NCBI GenBank assembly: GCA_964016885.1
Contig: OZ024747.1
Location: 30,752,001 to 30,816,000, forward strand
Length of the DNA: 64,000 bases
Reading direction: 5' to 3'
Source: Eledone cirrhosa
Lineage: Eukaryota
Part shown: positions 52,361 to 64,000 of the stretch, piece after piece
Layout: every line of letters begins with the position of its first letter
Position numbering within the stretch: the stretch's first letter is position 1
Position numbers and translations under genes: made by a program
The notes under the pieces: generated by a model
What the model was told of the DNA's origin: nothing
The model's database searches: none
Seen by the model: the letters and a program-made list of their open reading frames with translations, nothing else

Positions 52361-53399
52361 AGCAACAGAAATGTTACAGTTATTTTCTGTGAGTCAGAAA
52401 TACTTTAAGATGATTTCTTAGTGAACAATTGGCCTATAATAACTAAATAAAGAAAATAATGGAAAAAAAAAAATAGCAATGCCATAAATGAAAACCATCA
52501 ATTCCAATAAAACAAGTTTCTCATCTTAAATTAGTGTCTATTGCGGTGGCATGTCCCAGTAATGCTAGAAGATTGTTCATCAATATGTAAAAAAATTTGT
52601 AATAAAGAAAATTTGTAATAAAACACAGGCTTAGCTTAGAAGAGTACTTATAATAATAATTTATTACACCCACAGCAGCACTGCATTCTTGCACTTTTAC
52701 TGTAATAGCTTGAAAATCAACAGAGCAATTTTCTTGCAAAGAAGACACCCATACATTTGTTAAATATTAATAGCTTCGTCAGTATGACCTATATTTTGTT
52801 ATCAAATCTCTATGTTGTCTTCTGTGAGATGCTACTATTTCTCAGTTGCTTACTGGTTTATTTTTCCTTCTAAGTCCTTCATAGATATATTTTTTCACTT
52901 TGACTACTCACTGCACACATTTTCATGTGATTAAAGCAATCAAAATGAAGGCATGTGGCTGAGTGGTTAAAGAATTTTGATAGGGGAAGTTTTCTTTTTC
53001 TTCTTGAATTTCCTGTCAGAAACAACTGTTTCCAATTGATCCGGTTGGATCTCTAAGTGGGATCAGCCAGGATGTTATTGAACCATCTTGCTCGGGGTCT
53101 ACCTCTGGGTCTGTTGCTGGTTGGTTTTGACTGTAAATCTGTCCAGAAAATCTGCCCTGAGACATTCTATCCAGATGCCCATAATATCAGAGCTATGATT
53201 TCTCAATTTGGAGAAGTAGTGGGTCTATCTGAATTGACTCTCTGATCTCCGAGCTAATGCATTTTTTAAGACTCTTCGGAGGACCTTTATTTAAGTCACT
53301 TGTGTTCATTCTTTTGGTCATTACCCATGATTCATGACTATATCTAAGAGTTGCCATAAATATTGAATTAAAGATATCATCATCATTATTATTTTAAAG

Positions 53400-56300
53400 T
53401 AGGTGTCTATTGCAGCTTTCTGAAAGTGAACAGAACTTGAGATGGGAAACAGAAAGATTAAGGCAAGAAGAAAGACAATTGCAACAAATGGAGGCTGAAT
53501 GTGAAAATCATGAGAGTTGCGATACAAACACGACAGGCATAAAGGATTCTTCAAGGCAAAATAAACTGGCTAAGAGCTGCGTTTTCATATGATCCATCGA
53601 GAAATTATAGAAATGATCCTAAAGTCGTTATTGGTAGCATGGATAATATATGCAGTAGTTGTGGTGTGAGAAAATGGAAAGGAGAAACACTTGGCATGTG
53701 TTGCTTAGGAGGAAAGGTCAGATTTCCACTGATAGAAGACCCTCCACCTGTTATTCATATACTATTTACAGCCCATAATAATAAAGCTAAACAGTCCAGG
53801 AGCAATGTTATGCGATATAATGCTGCATTTCAGATGACGTCCTTTGGAGCTGAAAAAAATCATACTGACTATGGTTATTTCACATTTAAAATCCAAGGAC
53901 AATGTTACCATTTAATCAACAGTTTACTCCCGCAGCCTATTGAGGAAACAAAATTAATTCAAATTTATTTTTGGGCAACAACGAACAAGAAGCTACTCAA
54001 CAATGCAGAAATATTTCAGGTGGTCTTCAACTACATGTTATTAGCAGTCTGCAAAATATGCTTCATGAAAACTATCATTACATAACAGTATTCAAATTTG
54101 CCTTAGAAAAATAAAGGCAAACCTATGTATAAAATTACTATTAGACCTGATAAAAAACCAACAGATAAAAACACAAAAGATTTTACAATGAACCATTGGA
54201 AGACGAATTGGCTGTATTGATAGTCATTGAACAACATAAATCCAGAGATCTGGCCAATTACGAAGAATTGCAGGCACACAGATCATACGACACTCTTCAG
54301 TATCCTTTGATTTTTTGGAGAGGTCAGAATGGATATAATTTCGCCTTAAGACAAGTAAACCCAAGTACAAGCTAGGAAACTAATAAATTGGTCAGTTGCA
54401 GAATTTTTTATTCATTTCACTTCATGGTAAGAGATTGCTTTAACCATATCCTAAGAATGGGAAATGTACAAGCTAAATTAATGGTTGAGGTTTATGCCAA
54501 GATTGAAGCTGAACGATTGACATTCATTAAAAACAACCAAGCTAAACTTAGAGCAGAGCAATACATCCATTTGAAAGATGCCATTATAACTGATGGAATG
54601 AATCATTCCAGTGTTGGTCAGCCAGTCATTCTGCCATCTAGCTTCACAGGCAGTCCACGCTATATGGCTGAGTGCACACAAGATGCCATGGCATATGTAA
54701 GAAAATTTGGTTGTCCAGATCTTTTCATTACATTTACATGCAATCCTACATGGCCAGAAATTCAAAATGAACTGTTTGAACACCAATATACAAAAGATAG
54801 ACATGATATCAGTGCCAGAGTTTTTAATGAGAAACAGAAGATCTTGATGTGGCTGCTAAAAGATGGACAAATCTTTGGTGAACTAAGATGTTGGCTTTTT
54901 TGAATTGGAGAAAAGAGGTCTTCCTCATTCCTATACGCTAATTTGGTGTTCAGACTACATTCACTCAGATCAAATTGATAAAATCATAAGCGCTGAATTG
55001 CCTGACCCTGATCAAGACCCAGAACTATTTGCCATTATCTCAAAACAAATGATACATGGTCCATGTAGCAGTATCGACCCTATGTGTGTGTGCATTCGAA
55101 ATAACAAATGTGGAAAAAGTCATCCAAGAAACCGTAACTGGTGATGATGGATATCCTCAATACAGATATTCTCAAAACCGAGAAGCCCTCACTGTGGTGG
55201 AAAAACTGCGATTATCAAGATACAAGGTCAAGATGTTCAGGTTGGCAACAATTAGGTTGTTCCCTATAATCCTCTCCTCTCCCAAATCCTTGATGCTCGC
55301 ATCAATTGTGAGTACAGTGCATCAGTAAAATCAATTAAGTATGTTTGTAAATATGACAACAAATGTAGTGATATGGCAGCTTTTATTATTAGTTGTGATA
55401 ACCAATTGAACATACCTAATAGGGAGATATATTTCTAGCAATGAAACCATATGGAGAATCTTTGGTTTTGACACACACAATAGAGACCCAGCGGTAGTGA
55501 ACCTTGCAGTCAATTTGGAAAATGGTCAGAGAGTATATTACAAGGAAGAAAATGCACAATTGATTGCTGCGTCTCTTCCAGATACAACGCTCACTGATTT
55601 TTCTAAGCTTTATCACGAGGTTCCCACATTATACACTATGGGATAAAAATAAATGGAGCAGACGAAAGATAGGCAATCATGTGGATGGCTATCAAGACAT
55701 CAAAGCAAGTGGTGCAATAGGAAGAGTTTACACGATCCAACCTAGACATAGGGAATGTTTCCATTTGAGGTTACTCCTTCACACTGTTACAGGGCCAACA
55801 TCATTTGAAAATATCAAAATTGTACATAGAACTCCCTGTGCAAGGTATGCCGAAGCATGTAAGTTACTTGGCCTACTTGAAGATGGGGAATATTGGAAAA
55901 AGACATTGGAAGAGGCAGCTGCCACACAAATGCCTAAAAAGCTTCAACAGCTCTTCGCTGTAATGCGTACTAGGTGCAATGTTTCAGATCCCTTGAGTAT
56001 CTGGGAAAGCTACGAGAAAGACTTGTCAGAAGATGTATTGCACGGGATAAAACTTCAAAACATTGGCATTAATGTAGATTTTTCTCAACTTTCAGAAATT
56101 AACAACCACCTGAGTGGAATTGGCTTGTCCCTTAGGGATTGTGGTTTACCAGAACCTGAGGACACAGTGCATACTCTATTGCACATGATATATTAAAGGA
56201 GATGAATTATGACATCAACAAGCTTACACAATTTGTCAAATAAAAGGAAGAAAAGCTGATTGAAGATCAAAGAATTGCTTATGAAAGAATCGTCCAGAAT

Positions 56301-57737
56301 GACAGAATGATGGAGGCCTTTACTTTCTGGATGCTCCAGGGGGAACTGGTAAAACCTCCATAATAAATCTCATGTTGGCAAAAGGAAGGCAGTGAAAGCA
56401 AATTGCTTTGGCTGCTGCATCAAGTGGTATTGCTGCTACCTTACTTGATGGAGGCAAAACATCACCCTCAACGTTCAAGTTGCCATTGAATGTCACAAGA
56501 GAAGAGTCTCTTTCATGCAATATCAAAAAGAACGCATCAAAAGCAAAGCTTTTAGAGAAATGCTCTGTGATCATATGGGATGAGGCCACAATGGCACACT
56601 GGAAGTTATTTGAGACTCTGGACCATTCTTTAAGAGACATTAGAGGATGTAATGAAGTCATGGGAGGAGTAACGATGGTGGTTGCTGGTCACTTCAGATA
56701 GATTCTCCCCATCGTTCCTAAAGGCACGAGAGCTGATATTGTAAACACTTGCCTCAAAGTCTGAACTATATGGCAACAAGTCCAGTGATTACCCTTGAGA
56801 ACAAACATGAGAGTGCAGTTTTACAATGATGCAGAAATTGATACTTTTGCAAAACAGTTAATTACACTGGGTGATGGAAATCTGTAACAAGATGAAAATG
56901 GAGAAGTCAACCTTCCATTTGGAAATGTCTGTAATACAACAAATGAATTAATTGATCAAGTATTTCCAAGTGTTGCCTCAAATTATATCAATCAATCATG
57001 GCTGTTTGACTAAAAAATTTAGCACCAAAAAATAATATGGTAAATCAGATCAACCAATGCCTACTGGATACACTCCCAGGAGAGGTTCATACATATGTCT
57101 CCATTGACAAGATTGAAAAGGATGATGATGTTGTTAATTATTCTGCAGAGTTCCTTAATAGTCTGGAACTTCCTGGACTTCCTCCGCACAAATTAATGCT
57201 AAAGATTGGAACTCCCATCATCCTTTTGAGAAACCTGGACCCACCACATCTATGCAACAGCATGTGCTTACCAATGAGGTAGATGATGAAACATCTAGAG
57301 GTCACTATTCTTGGAGGCAATCATCAAGGCAAAAATGCATTTATTCCAAAGATTCCACTTATCCCTTCCTCTACCGAGCTGCTATTCAAATTATCAAGAC
57401 TTCAGTTCCCTGTTATAGCCAGTTTTGCTATGACCATAAATAAAGCTCAGGGTCAGTCTCAAAGTTGTAGGATTGAATCTGAGAGTTTTTACCCATGGAC
57501 AGTTATATGTTGGTTGTTCATGAGTGGGAACATCTAGAAATCTTTATATACTATGCATGAATCGTTAAATAAAGAATCCTGTGTATCTGGAAGTTGTTTT
57601 ACCTTTTTTTATCCCACACCCACCACAGTCTCACCTCATACTGAAAACCAGACAATGCATCCAATACAATCATTTTCTCTTCTACCTGTCATCATTTATC
57701 AATCGTTCACCTGGACGAAGCCCAGTACTTCATCTAG
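53400..57737 (+). mobile_element. Decayed autonomous Helitron (Rep plus PIF1 helicase)
   Basis: CCLGGKV, YNAAFQMTSFG, ILPSSFTGSPRYM, PDLFITFTCNP.W, RGLPH, MIHGPC, FLDAPGGTGKT, SGIAATLL, IIWDE, PIILLRNL, FAMTINKAQGQ. 3' hairpin ctggacgaagcccag followed by CTAG|T at 57734-57737. Confidence 0.93.
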
Positions 57738-57912
57738 TATATTATATATATATACATATATATATACATATACATATATATATATATCTTTATTATATTT
57801 ATTAAAAAAATGACTTCGACAGGACTAGAACTATTAAACTATTCAGTCATATGAAACTATCATGATCTCATATGACTGAAACAGTTCTAGTCCTGTAGAA
57901 GTCATTTCTATA

Positions 57913-58826
57913 TCTATATATTACTAAAACTCTCTGATTGCTTGCTTGCTTGTCTGTAATGTAATACATCCCAAAGAGCACATAATGGGAAAATACTTTG
58001 AAAGGAAGTTGACCCTGAAATGGGAATACAAATGGAATAAAACAAGTTTCACATAAATCGAAGCACGCATTCCCAAGATATGGAGTTTTTCTGGGTACCT
58101 TCATAAATACCCAAAACGGTGAATGATGGAAAAATACTCTGAAAGTAACAGAACCCTGCAAACCTTCATAAATAGTCAAAACGGTGCATAATGGGAAAAT
58201 ACTCCGAAAGGAAAATAACCCTGAAATGGGAATACAAACGGAATAAAACAAGTTTAGCGTAAATCGGACATAGACAATATTTTCATTATTCAAAAAACAT
58301 TTTTAAGTGAATAGGATTTAAAAAATACATTAAAAAGTTTTTTTCAGTGATTTGTCAGTGAATATGATTTCAAAAATACAAGTTATTTGTACTTTAAGTA
58401 TCTATATTTCAGCTTTCTTTAAACAGATGATATTTTAATTATTAAAAAAAAAACATTTTCAAGTGAATATGACTGAAATATACGAGTTGTTTTTACAGTA
58501 AATGTTTATATTTTTGCTTTTGTTAAACAGAATATTTTAATTATTTAGAAATATTTTTAAGTGAATGTGATTTCGAAAATACCAGTTGTTCGTACAGTAA
58601 GTATTTATATATGAGCTTTCTTAGCACAAACAATATTTTAATTTAAAAAAAAATTATTTTCAAGTGAATACGATTAAAAAAATATGTTTTGGCATATTAA
58701 AAAAATATTCTTAAGTGAGAATGACCTTCCAATTTCATTTTACATTATATACATGTCTGTGTATATTTTAATTATTTAAAATTTATTTTTAAGTGAACGA
58801 GACCCAATGGGTCACCGGTGGTCTAG
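57913..58826 (+). mobile_element. Non-autonomous Helitron
   Basis: A|TCTATATATTACTAAAA 5' end, (GCTT)n, internal repeats, 3' hairpin gacccaatgggtc followed by CTAG|T. A similar 5' end occurs at about 19062-19130. Confidence 0.75.
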
Positions 58827-59354
58827 TATATTATAAAGATGCCTATACTCTACCAACATATTTAATACATTTTTTAACTGTGTTTACCCACCAACATAAC
58901 TAGGAAATCTACACACACACACACACACACTCACATATATATATATGTTTATGTATTTGTTTTGCAAGATTCTTGATATGAAATTATGAGTAGAAACAGA
59001 TATTGCTATATTTGGAGATGGTCATTTTGCCAATTTTGGTAACAGAAACAGACACACTATTTAACTTTCACTTCAGCTTTATTATTATTTATGGATTGGC
59101 AGTATCGGTAGAGAGTCGGACACCATGCTTTGAAGCATAGAGATACGTCTCTTTATGATCTGAGTTCAAATCCCACCAAGGTAAACTTTGCCTTTCATCC
59201 TTACGGGGTCGATAAATAAAGTACCAGTAATGTACTGGGTATTTTGCTGGCCTTGTGCCAAAAATAGAAACAATTATTATTAGTTATTGGTTATAGCTCT
59301 TTTCCCACACATTCTTTCTCTTTGCATCTCGATTTTGACAGAGAAGAACAAATA

Positions 59355-59396
59355 GTCATTGAGGAGGTCACAGTATATGTGACGAAAGAGCTTGAC
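59355..59396 (+). ncRNA. Decayed hammerhead ribozyme
   Basis: GTCA-TTGAGGA-G-GTCAC(AGTATAT)GTGAC-GAAA-GAGCT-TGAC. Confidence 0.6.
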
Positions 59397-59736
59397 AAAA
59401 TATAAACTAATATATTCCTTCCATATACTGTACCATTTGTAACGTTATTTCTGTTTACCTTTTACATATATATATATACATATCATTATCATCATCACTG
59501 TTTAATGTCTATCTTCCACGCTAGCATGGGTTAGATGGGAATTGTCCTACTTGAGGGAAGATTGATTGGGTGACTGTATCTTGCTCATATAGGACTGTAT
59601 CTGGCAAGTTTTCTACGGCTGGATGCCCTTCCTAACACCAACCACATTTACAGTGTGGACTGGGAGCCTTTTTACCATGTCTCCTACACAACCACTTTAC
59701 AGCATAGACTGGGTGCTTTTTGTTGTGACACCTACA

Positions 59737-59775
<39 letters not shown>

Positions 59776-61549
59776 TGTAAAAGGTAAACAAAAATAACAA
59801 AACAAAAGGCACAGTACATGGAAGAAATATATATATATAACGCTACAGACACTAGTCTTTCATCAAAAGATAGAGTTAGAAATAGAAAGTAAATGGAAAG
59901 TAACGATTGATAGGAGGAAGGAACGGGGAAAATGAGAAAAACCACACGTGCATATTTAGTCGGTCATCTAATATAAACATTTGAACCACAGTTCATGAAT
60001 GCCTCTCTTGTTCATGAACAATTTTTCTGAATATATAATGTGTGTATGTTGCACCAACCTCCATTATGATAAATATTGCTTTTCAAAATTATTTAAAAAA
60101 ACCAAGCCCTAATTTTATAACAAGTGTTATTTATTTATTTATTTTGTAATAAGAGAAAACATTAAAAATAGAACTGAAAATAAAAGATATAATATAAATA
60201 TAAATTAGTGATATGGAAAATTAATTGCAATATCATTTCATCCATTTACGAATGCATTTAATGCATATCAATTTTTAACAAGTATTTTCCATTTAACTAT
60301 ATTTATTTCTTAATTTATTCATTTAGGTTCTATATTGCTATATAAAAATTTCATTTGTGTAATTTATTTTTAGGTACTGTGACACTAACATAGTGTATTA
60401 TTTCAAGTGTGTACAACATTAATAATAGAAAATAGAGTAACCATTGTATGTATTATATAGCAGATGTCATACAGACAGATCCTATATATAAATTGCAATT
60501 ATACACTTGACAATGTTAAATCTGGTAACCAATAGATTTGTAAACAGTAATAATGCTTATTAAATGTCTAAACATCTGGGATGGGTTGTTGTTGCTATTG
60601 AGAGTATGATTTTTGGGATTATTAACTTCACATTTGGAGCTGAACTATTTTAAAAAATAAATTTTATGAATTATCAAAGCACTGGGGGATTTGAAATTTG
60701 AAAATGTGGCAATCCCAAATGCAGAAAATGACTGTGACATCAGTTGATCGCTATAAATAATAACCTAGAAAATCATTTAGAATTCTCCAGTAGAGACAGA
60801 GTATTCAAAAGATACAGAGTTCATTTCTCTGTAGCAGCCACATTTTTACATCTACAGTGTTATTTTACCCAATTTTCTAAGCTATTATTTATAGTGATGT
60901 TAAAGTTATTTTCTGCATTTGAGGTTTCCACATTTTCAAATTTTTAGATATTTATAAATATTAAAAATATATATATTTCACCTCTAAAAATGAGTTGAAC
61001 TCTTTTCATAACAAATCATCTGTAACTACACCTAGTTATATAAGACAAAGCTGTTAGTTTTAAATTTTAACATCGTGTAATGGTTTAGCAGAAAATATTA
61101 AAAAACTAGTTTGTTAATTTAAATATTTACAGCTTCTTTATTAGTGGGCAGATCATTGTGGAAATTTACAGTAAACTTATGTAAAAACTATAATCTTTAA
61201 TGTGATTCAAACATTAGAGATATTTTGTACTTTTCAAGAATGTCTTGATATTATGGTTTCATGCATTACAGGATATTAAGAAACTTTAAGTTATGTCCTA
61301 CACACCAATTCAATAATGTGAAAATTAGGTATATTATCAAAGCCCTCCAAATTATTTTCAAAATTATATGAAAATTGCAGGCAGTGTCTTTCATAATATG
61401 TTAAATATTATAATCTTAATAATTTTTCATTTCCATTCCATGAAACCCTGAACTCCTAGTGAAGTTGGAAAAAGCCCCTTTGTGGTATACTGTGGACAAT
61501 TTTAGACATGGTGAAACCCATCCATATTCAGATCTAAACACAGCTAACT

Positions 61550-61582
<33 letters not shown>

Positions 61583-62787
61583 TGAGGAGGGACAGGGAGA
61601 GGAGAGAGTGATAGAGAAAGAGAGAGAGGGGAAGAACAGAGGAGAGAGAAAAAGGTGAGAGAGGGACAGAGAAGGGGAGAGAGGAAAAAAGCTAGAGAGC
61701 AAGAAGAATTGATCCCAGCATGTTACTGGTACTTTATTTATTAACTCTGAAAGGCAAAGTTGACTTCTACAGTATTTGAAGTTGGAGCACAGAGAGCAGG
61801 AATGAATATGGCGAGATATTCTAACTCCCACTCTAGCTGTGTCAGTTCACCACCTAATGTTTAATTTATAATCTTAACACAGAATGAATATATGTAATCA
61901 ATGTTTCTATAAAATGTTTATGCTGTGAGATAACAAATGAATTGGCTGGTTGTTAGTCTGTTAGAGTACACAGGTAGAATTTAATGAGCAGACTTTTATT
62001 TTAGGCTTGAATATCAATGTCTGGATAATGCTGTCTGTAAAGACTCAATGCATAATAGACAAACCAAACAATACAAAGTATCATGTAGTAAAACGAGCTT
62101 CTGGATATATCAATATGTTATATAAAGAGCATGTTAAGTTTGATGATTATATATCTGCCTGATAAGTAATGCATCAGGGCATACACTTTTAGAATAGTAG
62201 CCATGATGTTGGCTCTGAACAAAATGTATATATATATATAAAACAACTCAACATTGGAGAAAGAAATGGTCTATGATTCGATTCTTGAAAGTAGAAATTA
62301 GCTTATTTATATGGAAAACCATTTTGAAAGGAGAAAAACATCACACTCTTGACTATCATTTGAAGGAGAACTACATTAACCTTTAATATATTCAGAAGGT
62401 GGCAGATTGGCAGAATTTGTTGAGTGTCAGATCAAATGCCATTGTGGTATTTGTTCAGACTCTTTACATTCTGAATTCAAATTTTGCCTTGGTTAACTTT
62501 ACTTTTCATCCTACTGGCATTAATAAAATACCAATCAAGTAAGCTTGTATCTTAATTATAAATCAATCAATATATTCAGTAATATATACTTAAGCAGTCT
62601 AACTTATTAAGGCATTAGTCTGATTCCCAATACTTGTTCAGGTTTGATATGTTTACAAAACTTTAAAATGATTTTGAATTATATTTGAAAATGTGAGAAT
62701 TCCAAACAGTAAATAGCAGCTGATCGTTATATGCAACAGCTAAGAAAATCAGGCAAAACACCTTTACAGAGGAAAAAACATAGCCAG

Positions 62788-64000
62788 TGTAGCGACTAGC
62801 ACCACCTTGCCCGGGGAGAAAAAAACTAATTGGAGTTACTTCCCCGTGGCTAGTATATAAGGGAGAATTCTGACGTCATTCGACCTCTCTTAGTCACTCA
62901 CTCTCTTTTGGCGGCTTTTCTCAAACTGATCACATCGAGCACAAGCATGCTAACCTTTCTCCAACCACATCTTATGGTTCAGAATTATACCACGTTATGC
63001 CACGAGGATATTTGTTTACCACGTTTGTTACATGGATACTCGTTTTGAGAAACTTATTATGCTTCAGTCATTACTTCTTGTAGTGAGAGATAATTCTCAC
63101 ATGGTATGAAATTGTATGAAAATTTTCCTATCTCATATTTCTATTAAATTTAGTAGTTGGGTTCCGGTGGTACATACTGGAGTAAGTAACCCTGGGACCA
63201 ACTCACTAAAAGTGGTGACCCCTGCTACTGTCATAAGTCCCGCGTGTTTTATAGCTGCCTCTGGAAACCAGTTTCATTCACTTCTTGCCTCATTTTCCGA
63301 GTTAACTGACATTTCATTTAAACCGAATCAGGTAGTCAACTCAACTCGACAATTTATTACAACAACTGCTCCGCCTGTTTTCTCTCGTCCACGTAGGTTG
63401 GCTCCGGACAGGCTAAAGAAAGCCAGGGATGAGTTCGAACACATGCTTCAGCTTGGTCTTATACGACCATCAACCAGCCCGTGGGCATCTCCACTTCATT
63501 TGGCTCGTAAGGGTGAGGCGGATTTTAGACCTGTGGGTGATTATAGACGACTTAATGCTATCACTACACCTGATCATTATCCTTTACCAAATTTACATGA
63601 TTTTTCATCCGTTCTGCATGGATGCAAAATATTTTCTAAAATAGATCTGGTACGCACTTACCATCAAATACCCATGCATCCAGAAGACATACCAAAAACA
63701 GCTGTGACCACCCCTTTTGGTTCGTTTGAATTTCTGTCTATGTCTTTTGGTTTGCGGAATGCTTCTAGTACGTTCTAACGTTTTATCGATGAAGTCACAC
63801 GTGGATTGGATTTTGTGTTTGCTTACATGGATGATCTCCTGATGGCCAGTGACACAGTTGAACATCATCAGCAACATCTATCTCAGTTATTTCAACGTCT
63901 TCAATCGTACCAGGTCAGAATCAACCCAGCTAAATGTGTGTTTGGTACAGCTTCACTGGAATTCCTTGGACATCTTATAGATTCAGTAGGCATTCGACCT
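62788..64000 (+). mobile_element. Gypsy LTR retrotransposon: 5' LTR (about 62788-63209), PBS and RT, with gag/protease deleted
   Basis: TGTAG start, TATATAA at about 62855, PBS TGGTGACCCC at 63213-63222. RT motifs SPWASPL, DYRRLN, YPLP, FSKIDL..YHQIP, TA.TTPFG.FEF, FGLRNA, then a stop and AYMDD. Runs off the window. Confidence 0.92.

Noticed and set aside
52750-52786. Minus-strand CATA-CTGACGA...AAA-TG-TATG HHR-like relic
   Set aside because: Lacks G12 and stem III; could be chance.
47159-64000. Further upstream host exons
   Set aside because: No CUB-like or signal-peptide exon with splice sites was recognised; very short exons could have been missed.

Overview
AT-rich, microsatellite-dense eukaryotic DNA. 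The repeat landscape suggests a coleoid cephalopod such as Octopus; this is an inference. The only host gene is on the minus strand: four phase-compatible GT-AG exons (47158-46975, 43700-43513, 38671-38461, 1089-875) encode two tandem CUB domains resembling SOL-1, the AMPA-receptor auxiliary subunit. One intron is about 37.4 kb. The introns are filled with mobile DNA: an intact RTE LINE with a PHD-finger insert, two decayed RTEs, tRNA-derived SINEs, a hATm-like DNA transposon, a Penelope GIY-YIG fragment, CR1-, CRE-, Tx1- and R4/Dong-like fragments, two Helitrons and a Gypsy element. The most striking signal, which the ORF track does not show, is a dense set of small non-coding elements inserted at (TA)n tracts as inverted and partial-tandem structures. 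They carry minimal type-I hammerhead ribozymes (HHRs): more than 15 motifs from about 10 sequence-unrelated families. Three have terminally redundant units of 474, 321 and 522 nt, as expected of retrozyme-like elements copied from circular RNA. Four families share a C-C mismatch in stem II plus an AUA cleavage triplet. All folding was done by eye, and ribozyme activity is inferred, not shown.
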